Assembly (NCBI GenBank): GCA_050174015.1
Contig: JBFXKG010000003.1
Coordinates: forward strand, 160,001 to 224,000
Origin: Candidatus Krumholzibacteriia bacterium
GTDB lineage: Bacteria; Krumholzibacteriota; Krumholzibacteriia; LZORAL124-64-63
Length of the DNA: 64,000 nt
Direction: 5' to 3'
Of this stretch, positions 47,214-56,801 are shown in pieces; the first letter of the stretch is position 1, and each line of letters opens with the position of its first letter. The position numbers and the translations under genes were made by a program. Under the pieces are notes generated by a model, which had not been told where the DNA came from, ran no database searches, and saw nothing but the letters and a program-made list of their open reading frames with translations.

Positions 47214-47747
47214 ATGCCCGGTTCACGCACTTTGTTCCCGAGGGAGGGCCTGCCGGCCGCCCTGGCGATGGCCGTCCTGATCGCGGCGGTCCTGGCCACT
47301 GCGTATGTCGCGGCCGAGACTGCTCCCGTGCCTTCCGCCCAGCAATCTTCCATCCCCGCCGATCAGTTCGACCTGGACGCGTATTCCGGGAAGGTGGTCC
47401 TGATGGACTTCTGGGCCTCGTGGTGCAAGCCCTGCCGCAAATCCATGCCCTGGCTGCGCAGCATGCAGGAGACCTTCGGCGGCCAGGGGCTCGTCGTGGT
47501 GGCCGTGAACCTGGACAAGGAGCCCGGCAAGGCGACGGCGATGATGAACCAGCTCGGCGCCGACGTGGTCCAGGTGACCGATCCGGAAGGGATCCTGGCC
47601 GAGGCCTACAAGCTGGAGGCGATTCCCAGCACCTTCATCTTCGACCGTCAGGGGAAGCTGGTGTCCAGTCACAAGGGATTCGACCCGGGCGAAGCCGAAA
47701 CCCGGGCGACCGAACTCAGGGACCTGGTGGCGGGGGAGGCGAAATGA
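47214..47747 (+). CDS. TlpA-family thiol-disulfide oxidoreductase
   Basis: 'GKVVLMDFWASWCKPCRKSMP', 'VAVNLD', 'IPSTFIFDRQG'. Confidence 0.93.
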   Translation: MPGSRTLFPREGLPAALAMAVLIAAVLATAYVAAETAPVPSAQQSSIPADQFDLDAYSGKVVLMDFWASWCKPCRKSMPWLRSMQETFGGQGLVVVAVNLDKEPGKATAMMNQLGADVVQVTDPEGILAEAYKLEAIPSTFIFDRQGKLVSSHKGFDPGEAETRATELRDLVAGEAK

Positions 47748-47983
47748 TGAAGACAGGAACGGTGAAGGCGATCCTTGTCCTCTGTCTGGTCCTGGTCGCC
47801 CTCGCCGCGGCCGGGTGCTCCAGCCTGGGCGTCCAGCCCTGGGAGCGCGACCTGCTGTCCGCGCCCGGCATGCAGCTGCAACCGGATCCGATCGTGACGG
47901 CCCTGGACGATCACATCTACTTCAGCAAGGAAGCCTCCACCGGCGGCCTGGGCGGAGCGGGGGGTGGCTGTGGCTGCAACTGA
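47744..47983 (+). CDS. DUF4266-family small lipoprotein
   Basis: Lipobox AAGC; 'VQPWERDLL..M..HIYFSKEASTGG..GGGCGCN'. Confidence 0.88.
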   Translation: MMKTGTVKAILVLCLVLVALAAAGCSSLGVQPWERDLLSAPGMQLQPDPIVTALDDHIYFSKEASTGGLGGAGGGCGCN

Positions 47984-49238
47984 GCGCAAACAGCAGGTCG
48001 TGCAGGGTTCGGTGAAGGCGGCGCTGGCCTCGGCTTGCGGGCTGCTGGGAATCGCCGGCCAGCCCGCCGAGGCGACGGAGGTCCGCACCGCGATCCTGGG
48101 CTACTCGGAGCAGGACCGGGTCCAGGCCTTCGAGGCCGTCATCGACGCCACCCACGAGTTCGGCGGCGGGAAGATCGGCAACCTCCACGTGGTGTACGAT
48201 GCCCTGAGCGGCGCCTCCCCCAGCGGCGCCGTGCCCTCGCAGGCCCTGCAGTCGTTCACCAGGCCCTCGGGGAACGGGGTCTACACCACGGCGCCGGGGG
48301 AAACGCCCCTGGACGACACCTTCCGGGACACCCGGATGGCCGTCAGCGGCAGCCTGACCCTCCCGCTCGATCGCGTGACCGGTCTGACCGCCGGTCTCTA
48401 TGGCTCGGGCGAGCACGACTACTCGTCCCTGGGCGCGAACCTGGCCCTGACCCGCGACTTCAACAGGCGCAACACCACGGTGTCGCTGCGTGCGGGCTAC
48501 TTCGACGACACGATCAACCCCGAGGGCGGACGTCCCGCGCCGTTCGGGGTCATGCTGGATCAGGCCCTGTCTCCGCGCCTGGACGGCGACGGCAGCAAGC
48601 AGACCCTCGATTTGAGCCTGGGCCTGACCCAGGTGATCGACCGCCGCACCCTGGTGGGCCTGAACTACGTCTTCAGCGAGGTGGACGGCTACCAGACCGA
48701 CCCCTACAAGCTGGTGTCGGTGGTGGACCCGGTCTCCGGCGAACCCCTGGACCATCTCTACGAGAGCCGTCCGGACGCCCGCGTCAAGCACGCCCTGCTG
48801 GCCAAGCTGGTGCGGCAGGTCGGCGCCCATAATCTGCACCTGTCCTATCGCTTCTTCACCGACGACTGGGGAGTGCGGTCCCAGACCGTGGACCTGCGAT
48901 TCCGCTGGAACGCCGGCCCCGCACTCTACGTCCAGCCGCGGCTGAGGTACTACCATCAGGGCGAGGCGGACTTCTACCGGCGGTTCCTCGTGGATGGGGC
49001 GGCCATGCCCGAACACGCTTCGGCCGACTACCGCCTCGGCGCCCTGGACGACTACACCCCCGGGATCGAGGTGGGCATCACGCGGGACAACGGCCATCTC
49101 ATCACCCTGAGGGCCGAGTACTTCCTGCAGACGGGGGAAAGCCATCCTGAAGGCGCCATCGGGCAACTGGCGGACCAGGACCTGTTCCCCACGGTCAAGG
49201 CCGTGATCGTGCAGGTGGGTTACGCCGTCGGGCTCTGA
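47964..49238 (+). CDS. DUF3570-family outer-membrane protein
   Basis: 'YSEQDRV', 'DALSGASPSGA', 'PLDDTFRDTR', 'SGEHDY.S', 'DPYK', 'E.RPD.R', 'YRFFTDDWG', 'SADYRL'; located between DUF4266 and ApbE. Confidence 0.85.
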   Translation: MAVAATERKQQVVQGSVKAALASACGLLGIAGQPAEATEVRTAILGYSEQDRVQAFEAVIDATHEFGGGKIGNLHVVYDALSGASPSGAVPSQALQSFTRPSGNGVYTTAPGETPLDDTFRDTRMAVSGSLTLPLDRVTGLTAGLYGSGEHDYSSLGANLALTRDFNRRNTTVSLRAGYFDDTINPEGGRPAPFGVMLDQALSPRLDGDGSKQTLDLSLGLTQVIDRRTLVGLNYVFSEVDGYQTDPYKLVSVVDPVSGEPLDHLYESRPDARVKHALLAKLVRQVGAHNLHLSYRFFTDDWGVRSQTVDLRFRWNAGPALYVQPRLRYYHQGEADFYRRFLVDGAAMPEHASADYRLGALDDYTPGIEVGITRDNGHLITLRAEYFLQTGESHPEGAIGQLADQDLFPTVKAVIVQVGYAVGL

Positions 49239-49251
49239 GGGGGCGCATCGC

Positions 49252-50139
49252 GTGGCCGACGCAATCGAACGCAGGGGCGGGGTCTGGCTCGGATCCTTCG
49301 AGGCCATGGCCGGCCCCTGCGAGGTGTTGCTGGACCTGGAAGGGGAGGCCGAAGCCCGCGCCCTCGTCGCTCTGGCCGCCGAAGAAGCCCGCCGCATCGA
49401 ACGGAAGTTCAGCCGCTACCGCACCGACAACGTCATCCAGGAGATCAACACCAGCGCCGGCAGGCCTGTCGCCGTGGACGCGGAGACCGCGGGCCTGCTC
49501 GACTTCTCAGCCCGTTGCCATCAGGTCAGCGGAGGGCGGTTCGACGTGACCAGCGGCGTTCTGCGCCGGGTGTGGCGGTTCGACGGCAGCGACCGCGTCC
49601 CCACGCGCCGGCAGGCCAAGGAGCTGCTGCCGCTCGTCGGCTGGGACAAGGTCCGCTGGGAAAATCCGCACCTGACCCTGCCCGCCGGGATGGAGATCGA
49701 TCTGGGCGGCGTCGGCAAGGAGTACGCGGTCGACCGGGTGTGCGCCCTGCTCTCCGCACGCACCGGCGCGGCCATCCTGGTCAACTTCGGCGGAGACCTG
49801 CGGGCCCAGGGCCCGCGCCGCGACGGCCTGGCCTGGGAGGTGGGTGTGGACACGCCCGATCGGCCGGGAGTCGCGGCCCGGCGGATCAGTCTGCGAACCG
49901 GCGCCCTGGCCACCAGCGGCGACAGCCACCGGTTCCTTCTGCGGGACGGCGTCCGCTATCCCCACATCCTCGACCCCCGGACCGGCTGGCCGGTCATGCG
50001 CGCGCCGCGGGCCGTCACGGTCCTGGGCGACACCTGCCTGGAGGCGGGACTGCTGTCCTCCCTGGCCATGCTGCACGGCCGGGGGGCCGAAACCTTCCTC
50101 GAAAACCAGGGCGTGAAGTTCTGGGTGGCGCGGGGCTGA
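49252..50139 (+). CDS. apbE: FAD:protein FMN transferase (ApbE family)
   Basis: 'FEAMA', 'KFSRYR', 'GRFDVT', 'IDLGGVGKEYAVD', 'NFGGD', 'ATSGD', 'HILDPRTGWP'. Confidence 0.92.
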   Translation: MADAIERRGGVWLGSFEAMAGPCEVLLDLEGEAEARALVALAAEEARRIERKFSRYRTDNVIQEINTSAGRPVAVDAETAGLLDFSARCHQVSGGRFDVTSGVLRRVWRFDGSDRVPTRRQAKELLPLVGWDKVRWENPHLTLPAGMEIDLGGVGKEYAVDRVCALLSARTGAAILVNFGGDLRAQGPRRDGLAWEVGVDTPDRPGVAARRISLRTGALATSGDSHRFLLRDGVRYPHILDPRTGWPVMRAPRAVTVLGDTCLEAGLLSSLAMLHGRGAETFLENQGVKFWVARG

Positions 50140-51978
50140 TCAGCGCCCAGCCAGCCGGTCGGACTCGGCCGCCGCCTCGATCACGGCCTTGACGACCTTC
50201 TCGGCGTCGCGCTGGCGCAGCTGCTCGTAGCGGATCGCCCACACGTGCTCGGCGTAGGCGAGGTTGCGCATCTCCACCAGCAGGGCGTAACGGGCGGGGT
50301 TTTCACGCAGCACGCCGAGGTTGCGGCCCCGCGTGCGGGCCCCCGCGCCCATGGCCGGCAGCATGCGGCGGGCGAAGTCCCGGCCGACCGTGTCGGCGCC
50401 GCGGCGGTTCTGGAAGAAGAACAGGGTGAAGACGTCGCCCGAATCGGGGTCGTTGTCGGCGTGGAAGCTCAGGAAGACCGTGCGTCCGGACGTCGCCCCG
50501 TCGAGGGCGCGGCGGGCGATGGCCTTGCGCTGGTCGAGGTACTTCTGGCCGCCCATGGGGTGGATGGCCTCGTCGTAGCCGCGATTCCAGGCCTGGTCGT
50601 TGAAGACCTCGTTGCGCTCGTGGACGAAGGTCTGCGTGTGGGGGGTGTTGCCGCGCAGCAGGTGGTTCGGGCTGAGCAGGGTCATCTCGACGTCGGCGCC
50701 GTGGAGCTTCAGCAGCGCGTAGACCCGCAGGGCCAGGTCGTAGACGTACTCGTCCTCCACCACGTAGTAGGTCTGGCCCTCGGCGTCCTTGCCGCTGACG
50801 ATGGTCCCCGGATCGATGCCGCCATGCCCGGGATCGAGCACGAAGGTCCAGCCGGCCAGCTGGCGTCCGAGGCCGGGTTGCAGCTCGATGGTCCGGTCGA
50901 ACCTTTCCAGCAACTGGCGCCCGCGCTTGTAGCAGACCTGAGGACTGATGCCGGCCTTCTCGAAGTAGCTCTTGCCGGCCTGCTCGTCGGCCTCCGGTCC
51001 GGAGAAGTAATAGGGACCGTTGCCCGGCGTGAGCTTGGCGACCCCGGGGACGATCACCTCGAGGGCGTTCCAGTCCAGGTCCCCGCCGGGGAGGGGAATG
51101 CCGGCGACGTCCGCCGAACCGGCCCCGGATCCCAGCAGGGGCCGCACGGTCAGCTTCTGGCCGGGACGGATCAGGGACCCTGAGATCCTGTTCAGCTCGC
51201 GCAGTTCGCGCAGGCTCATCTGGTGCAGGCGGGCGATCTCGTTGAGGTTGTCCCCCGGCTGGACCAGGTAGGTCGCCGTGCGGGGCGCCGAATCGCCGTT
51301 CAGCCGCAGCTCCTGGCCGGGATAGATCTGGTCGCCCGTCAGACCGTTGATGGCCTTCAGGTGGTCGAGGGACAGCCCGTAGGCCTCCGCGATCTCCCAG
51401 AGGGCGTCGCCCCGCTCGACGATGTGGACCGAGGGGGCCGCCTCGCGCAGCCGCAGCTTCTGGCCGGGGAAGATGCGGTCCCCGTCCAGGTCGTTGATGC
51501 GGCGCAGGTGGGCGATGGAGACTCCGTGCCGGTCGGCGATGCCGGACAGGTTGTCCCCCCGCTTGACGACGTGGACGGCCTCGTCCACCGGGGCGGGCAG
51601 CAGCCGCAGCTTCTGGCCGGGATAAAGGGTCGAGCCGGTCAGCTCGTTGAGGGAGCGCAGGAACTCGACCGTGGTTTCGAACCGGTCGGCGATGGTCGAG
51701 AGATTGTCCCCCGGCTGGACGACGTACCACTCCAGGCCCTTGACGGGGATGCGCAGCCTCTGGCCGATGGCCAGGCCGTCGCTGCGCAGGTCGTTCCAGT
51801 CACGCAGTTCCTGGACGGTGACGTCGTACCGGTTGGCGATGAGGGTGAGGTTCTCGCCCCGCACGACCCGATGGGTCTGCCATTCCTGGGCGAGGGCGCC
51901 CGCGGCGGGCAGGAGGACGCCGCCCGGCGCGAGCAGGCCGAGCACGAGGATCCAGGAAAGGAAGCGGCGGCACAACAA
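50140..51978 (-). CDS. N-acetylmuramoyl-L-alanine amidase (Amidase_3) with five N-terminal LysM domains
   Basis: Five 'V..GD.L..IA..' LysM repeats; 'LDPGHGG', 'SFHAD', 'LLVEM'; signal peptide. Confidence 0.9.
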   Translation of the reverse strand: MLCRRFLSWILVLGLLAPGGVLLPAAGALAQEWQTHRVVRGENLTLIANRYDVTVQELRDWNDLRSDGLAIGQRLRIPVKGLEWYVVQPGDNLSTIADRFETTVEFLRSLNELTGSTLYPGQKLRLLPAPVDEAVHVVKRGDNLSGIADRHGVSIAHLRRINDLDGDRIFPGQKLRLREAAPSVHIVERGDALWEIAEAYGLSLDHLKAINGLTGDQIYPGQELRLNGDSAPRTATYLVQPGDNLNEIARLHQMSLRELRELNRISGSLIRPGQKLTVRPLLGSGAGSADVAGIPLPGGDLDWNALEVIVPGVAKLTPGNGPYYFSGPEADEQAGKSYFEKAGISPQVCYKRGRQLLERFDRTIELQPGLGRQLAGWTFVLDPGHGGIDPGTIVSGKDAEGQTYYVVEDEYVYDLALRVYALLKLHGADVEMTLLSPNHLLRGNTPHTQTFVHERNEVFNDQAWNRGYDEAIHPMGGQKYLDQRKAIARRALDGATSGRTVFLSFHADNDPDSGDVFTLFFFQNRRGADTVGRDFARRMLPAMGAGARTRGRNLGVLRENPARYALLVEMRNLAYAEHVWAIRYEQLRQRDAEKVVKAVIEAAAESDRLAGR

Positions 51979-52121
51979 CGGAGGCGTCTCCAGTCGCCCT
52001 GGGCCCGGGGAAGCCCGGAAAGGGAGCAGATCCTTCTGCAGGCGGGTCGCGGACCGACCTGCCCGCTCATCAGTCTAGGGGATGCGCGGGGAAATGCAAG
52101 GGCCCATTCCGGCCGCCGGGA

Positions 52122-52766
52122 TCACCCGGCGTGCGGGGGTTTCAGGCGCGTGGCGGGATGATCGCTGAAGATCGAGGGCAATCCCAGCCGCTGCCGGATG
52201 AACCGGTCCCGCAATTCCAGGGTGGCGGGGGACAGGCAAGCCTCGAACAACCGCAACCCCGGGCCCGCGATGATGTACGGCCAGCTGGAGAGGATGAGAT
52301 CGTTCTCGTAGCAGAACGCCACCGCCTGGAATTCGGATTCGGGGGTGCGCCGCTCGCCGGTCAGGATGCAGGTTTCGACCCAGGCCTTCCAGGTCCGGCC
52401 CGAGGAGATCAGGTCGTCGAAGCGGCGGCGGAAGTCCACCCTTTCCCGGAAGAGGGCGTTGATGCAGGCGCGGCTCTCCTCGGAGTACTGGGCCTCCAGC
52501 TCCTGGTGGCATGAGGCGCAGACGGCGTACTCGACGATCGTTTCGGATCCCCGGATCTCCTTCACGATCAGGTACGGGGGGAGCGCCTCCAGGGGTTCGG
52601 CGCAACCGATGCAGGTCTTGAACGGGCCGTCGAACGATTTCTGGAAGAGACGGGGGATGGGCACCCGCCGGGCGTGCTCCATGGAGTACTCGAGGTCGGC
52701 GGCCATCCTGGCGTCGGCTTCTTCGGTGCCGGGCGGGGGGCCCTGGTCGTCGGGGCGGTCGATCAT
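52122..52766 (-). CDS. Hypothetical protein with CxxC pairs (possible Zn-binding)
   Basis: 'CIGC', 'CASC', 'CILTG'; GC-rich codon pattern. Confidence 0.6.
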   Translation of the reverse strand: MIDRPDDQGPPPGTEEADARMAADLEYSMEHARRVPIPRLFQKSFDGPFKTCIGCAEPLEALPPYLIVKEIRGSETIVEYAVCASCHQELEAQYSEESRACINALFRERVDFRRRFDDLISSGRTWKAWVETCILTGERRTPESEFQAVAFCYENDLILSSWPYIIAGPGLRLFEACLSPATLELRDRFIRQRLGLPSIFSDHPATRLKPPHAG

Positions 52767-52902
52767 GATCCACCTGGGTTGCAGGGACCTGGACGGGCGC
52801 GTTCCGGGGGTGAGGCCGGATCGGCGGCAGCATACCAGAAACCGGCCCCCGGCGCGAGGGAGGAACGGCCGGGAGGAAAGGCCGGGATCATCCGTCCCCG
52901 AA

Positions 52903-53415
52903 TTACCAATCTCCCGCGTAGAACGTCCGATGGGGCTTGGCTTCCGCCCCCGTCAACGCAAAGATCACCCCGGAGAGCTGCCGCAGGTGCAGCAGGTCGT
53001 GGCAGGCCCAGGACGCCAGCAGGTCGCCGGCGGTCATCCGGCCCAGCTTGGGATGCTCGTAGGCCAGGGACCAGTCCCGGTTCCCGAGATTCGCCAGCCA
53101 GTCCAGCGAGGCCCGCCGTTCCGCCCGGAAATCGGCCAGGGCGGTCGCGAAATCGGCCTCGGCGTACATGCGGGCCGAGACCCACCCGCCGGGATCGATC
53201 CCCGGCCACGGTTCGCCCGGCCGGTCGAGGGTGAATCCGATGCGCAGGCGGAAGTCCTCGCGCTCCTCGTCTCTCAGGTGACAGACGATCTCCAGGACGG
53301 ACCAGCGGTCCGGGTCCGGGCGGCGTCCTGCCAGAGGGGCCGGGATGCCGGCCACCAGGGCGGCGATGGCGGCTCCTCCGGCGGCGAGGCGGTCGTGGAA
53401 GTAGGTTGCGTTCAT
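52903..53415 (-). CDS. DinB/YfiT-family protein
   Basis: 'WSVLEIVCHLRDEE', 'HDLLHLRQL'; GGAGG RBS. Confidence 0.88.
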   Translation of the reverse strand: MNATYFHDRLAAGGAAIAALVAGIPAPLAGRRPDPDRWSVLEIVCHLRDEEREDFRLRIGFTLDRPGEPWPGIDPGGWVSARMYAEADFATALADFRAERRASLDWLANLGNRDWSLAYEHPKLGRMTAGDLLASWACHDLLHLRQLSGVIFALTGAEAKPHRTFYAGDW

Positions 53416-53516
53416 GGGACCTCCGGCGGCGGCAGGGGCCTGGATGGGGGTGGCGGGTTGCCAGCACCGGCTGGCGGGGGCATAATATCCCATCACTCCA
53501 ACCCGAGGAACCCTCG

Positions 53517-54320
53517 ATGAAGAACCTGAACCTCGAGCGCGCCCTGGTGGGCTTCGACCTGGAGACCACGGGCATCGACTTCGACAAGGACCGCATCGTC
53601 CAGATCGCCCTGGTGCGCGTCGAACCCGACGGCCGGCGGTCCACCTTCGAGACCCTGGTCAACCCGGAACGGCCCATCCCCCCGCAGGCCACGGCCGTCC
53701 ACGGCATCCGGGACGAGGACGTGGCCGGGGCGCCCACCTTCGCCCAGGTCCGGGCCGAGGTCGAGGAGATGCTGAAGGATGCGGACCTGGCCGGGTTCAA
53801 TTCCATCCGGTTCGACCTGCCCCTGCTGCAGGCGGAGGTCAGGCGGACGGGGGGCATGCTCGACCTGCGCGGAGTGCGCCACCTGGACGCCATGCGCATC
53901 TTCCACGCCAGGGAGCCTCGGGACCTGACGGCCGCCTATCGGTTCTACTGCGACCGCGACCTGACCGGCGCCCACGACGCCCTGGCCGACGTGACGGCGA
54001 CGCTGGAGGTCCTCGACGCCCAGGTCGCGCGATATGCCGACCTGCCCCGCGACGCGGCCGGCCTGCACGCCTTCTGCAATCCGGACGAGGGGAAGTTCCT
54101 GGACGTCCACCGCAAGCTGGCCTGGAACGACCAGGGAGAGGCGGTGCTGACCTTCGGCAAGTTCCAGGGCCGCACGCTCCAGCAGATCTGCGCCCTGCCC
54201 GACGGTCGCAGCTATCTTGATTGGGTCCTGGGCAAGGACTTCGGCGAGGATCTCAAGGCCATCCTGCGGGAAGCCCTGGGCGGGGTGTTCCCAAGGCGCG
54301 AAGGATCGGGCGATGAGTGA
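53517..54320 (+). CDS. DnaQ-like 3'-5' exonuclease (DEDDh)
   Basis: 'FDLETTG', 'VHGI', 'GFNSIRFDLP', 'AHDALADV'; C-terminal 'FGKFQG..YLDW'. Confidence 0.92.
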   Translation: MKNLNLERALVGFDLETTGIDFDKDRIVQIALVRVEPDGRRSTFETLVNPERPIPPQATAVHGIRDEDVAGAPTFAQVRAEVEEMLKDADLAGFNSIRFDLPLLQAEVRRTGGMLDLRGVRHLDAMRIFHAREPRDLTAAYRFYCDRDLTGAHDALADVTATLEVLDAQVARYADLPRDAAGLHAFCNPDEGKFLDVHRKLAWNDQGEAVLTFGKFQGRTLQQICALPDGRSYLDWVLGKDFGEDLKAILREALGGVFPRREGSGDE

Positions 54321-55068
54321 GGAATCCAGGCCGCAGGACGGCCCCGCAGGGGGCTTCCAGCCGCAGTTCCCGCCGCTGGACGAGAAGGGGGTGCCCCAGT
54401 TCGAGGACACGCCCCTGACCAGGGGCGAGTACATCACCGCTCTGGCCCACTTCTATCGGGCCGAGATGCACCGGGCCCTGGTCTGGCGCACGCGCCTCGA
54501 TACCACGACCAACTGGGCCATCCTCGCCACGCTGGCCATCCTCACCGCCAGCCTGAACAACCCCGGGTACGCCACCGAATCCCTGCTGCTGGGCATGTTC
54601 GCCAACGTGGTCTTCCTGGCCATCGAGGCCCGGCGCTTCCGCTTCTTCGACGTCTGGCGCGCCCGGGTCCGCATGCTCGAGGAGAACTTCTACGGAGGCA
54701 TCCTGCGACGGGACCAGGCCAGCCCCCTTCAACGATGGGGCCGTCAGGTCGCCGACGACCTGCTGTGCCCGCGCTTCCACATGACCCGTTTGCAGGCCTT
54801 CCGCGCCCGGTTGATGCGCAACTTCCGGTTCATCTTCCTGTTCCTGCTGGTGGCCTGGGTGGCCCACCGGCTGGTGCCCTTGGCCGAGGACAGGGTCCTG
54901 ACGGGCCTGTCCGGGATCCCGGGCTGGATGCCGGACGCCATCGTCGCAGCGCTCTACCTGTTCCTGCTGGGAGTGGTGGTGTTCACGCCGAAGGTGGAGG
55001 CTCCCGAGCTGGCCTACTGGTCGCATCCGGAGCATCCGGGGGAGGACATCCCGAGCATCGACGTCTAG
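54313..55068 (+). CDS. DUF2270-family membrane protein
   Basis: 'AHFYRAEM.R...WRTRLDTTTNWA', 'IEARRFRFFDVWRARVR.LE'. Confidence 0.88.
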   Translation: MSEESRPQDGPAGGFQPQFPPLDEKGVPQFEDTPLTRGEYITALAHFYRAEMHRALVWRTRLDTTTNWAILATLAILTASLNNPGYATESLLLGMFANVVFLAIEARRFRFFDVWRARVRMLEENFYGGILRRDQASPLQRWGRQVADDLLCPRFHMTRLQAFRARLMRNFRFIFLFLLVAWVAHRLVPLAEDRVLTGLSGIPGWMPDAIVAALYLFLLGVVVFTPKVEAPELAYWSHPEHPGEDIPSIDV

Positions 55069-55162
55069 GGATGGACGTTTTGGCTTGTCCCCCGGGCCCC
55101 CGACCCGGATAATGCGGCCATAGCGAGTCCCCATCCCGACCCTACCAAGGAACGACGACCCG

Positions 55163-56038
55163 ATGGACAGCACTCCGGACAAGAACTGGCGGACCGTCCG
55201 CTTCGACGTGCTCGAACGGATCGACCGCATGCCCAGCCTCAGCGCGGTCATCCACGAGTTCCTCGAGCTGTCCATGAGGGACATGTTCTCCGCCGGCGAC
55301 TTCGAGAAGGTGATCGCCAAGGACCAGGCCCTGGTCGCCCGCCTGCTCAAGGTCGCCAACAGCGGCCTGTACGGCCGGTCCCGCTCCATCGCCTCCATCG
55401 CCGAGGCGGTGGTGCTGGTCGGGCTGGAGAACCTCAAGCGCATCGTCTTCGCCGTCACCACCGAGGGCCTGACGCGGCGGAAGCTGGTCCACTACGACTA
55501 CCACGACCAGGGCGGATTCTGGCTGCACGCGATGGGGGTGGCCCTGGCCGCCCGGACCCTGGCCGAGGCGGTTCCCCGGGGGAAGTTCCGCCCCGAGGAG
55601 GCCTTCGTCGCGGGCCTGCTGCACGACGTGGGCAAGCTCGTCATCGACGAGTTCCTCGAGGCCGAACCAGGGGTCATGGTGACGAAACAGCAGGAGGTCG
55701 CGGCCATCGGCCTCGACCACGCGGAGCTGGCGGAGTACATCCTCAACCAGTGGAACCTGCCCGAACCCGTCACCCGGGCGGTCCGGCACCACCACAGCGG
55801 CCAGGACGATCCCGCCAACTTCGAGGGGGGCCTGATCCTGGGCCTGGCCGAGAAGGTCTGTGACGTCTGGGGATTCGGTCGCCGCCTGGCCGTCGATCTG
55901 AGTGCCGACGTTCCACTGGAACCATTCGCCGACGTCCTGGCGCGCCTGGGAATCGGCGCCGGCCGCTGGGACCAGCTGGTCTGGGACATCCGCCAGCATC
56001 TGTCCGGATGCGAGGAACTCTACCGTCTGGACGCCTGA
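55163..56038 (+). CDS. HDOD-domain protein
   Basis: 'MPSLS', 'DQALVARLLKVANS', 'FWLH', 'AFVAGLLHDVGK', 'DHAEL..WNLP..VRHHH'. Confidence 0.92.
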   Translation: MDSTPDKNWRTVRFDVLERIDRMPSLSAVIHEFLELSMRDMFSAGDFEKVIAKDQALVARLLKVANSGLYGRSRSIASIAEAVVLVGLENLKRIVFAVTTEGLTRRKLVHYDYHDQGGFWLHAMGVALAARTLAEAVPRGKFRPEEAFVAGLLHDVGKLVIDEFLEAEPGVMVTKQQEVAAIGLDHAELAEYILNQWNLPEPVTRAVRHHHSGQDDPANFEGGLILGLAEKVCDVWGFGRRLAVDLSADVPLEPFADVLARLGIGAGRWDQLVWDIRQHLSGCEELYRLDA

Positions 56039-56044
56039 TTCCGC

Positions 56045-56764
56045 TCAATCCCGCGGAAACTGATAAGCCAGCCCCGCCCGGACGCCCCACAGGACCCCGC
56101 CCGGCTCCTCCTCCTCGAGCACGAAGTCCGGCTTGACGCGGGCGTCGGCCCCGAGGTCCGCCGCCAGAGCGCGGCCCAGCGGGATGATCAGTCCCACCCG
56201 GACCCCCAGAGCGAGGTTGCTCTCGCTCGTGCTCGTCTCCAGGCCCCCGAACCGGACGGTTCCGGTGATCTTCTGCACCCCGGGGCCGCCCTCGATGTAA
56301 CCCGAAATCCCTTGCTCGCTGCGGCGATCAATCTGGGTTCCGACCAGGAAGAAGAACTCGGAGACCTTGGCGTCGGTCGTGGCCTGGTAGATCAGCTCGT
56401 CCTCCCCGTAGAAGGTGAAGGCCGGGGAGACCAGGTTCTGGTGGATGTACAGGATGTGGACGTAGGTCCGGTCGCCGGCAGCAAGTCGCACGCCGAGGTC
56501 GAAGGCCAGATCCTCGTCCAGTTCATTGTACCAGTCGCCGGCGGGGAAACCGTAGCCGGCGCCCGCGTGCACCATGGTCTGGAACGAGAGAGGCAGGCTC
56601 TCCCGGCGGTCGGGGTACTCGCCGGTGTTGATCTCCCCGACCTCCAGGTAGTCCTGGGCGCGGAGGGAGGAGGGCACGGTCACGAGGAAGGTGACCGCGA
56701 GGATCACGGCCATGAGGAACGAGGCGCCGCGGGACGGACGGCGGCCGGGGCCGATGCGGATCAT
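56045..56764 (-). CDS. Outer-membrane beta-barrel hypothetical protein
   Basis: AAGGAG RBS, signal peptide, amphipathic strands, ends 'RAGLAYQF'. Confidence 0.68.
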   Translation of the reverse strand: MIRIGPGRRPSRGASFLMAVILAVTFLVTVPSSLRAQDYLEVGEINTGEYPDRRESLPLSFQTMVHAGAGYGFPAGDWYNELDEDLAFDLGVRLAAGDRTYVHILYIHQNLVSPAFTFYGEDELIYQATTDAKVSEFFFLVGTQIDRRSEQGISGYIEGGPGVQKITGTVRFGGLETSTSESNLALGVRVGLIIPLGRALAADLGADARVKPDFVLEEEEPGGVLWGVRAGLAYQFPRD

Positions 56765-56801
56765 GCGCTGCTCCTTGGTTCGAGGCGGGGCCGTGATGAT
56801 A

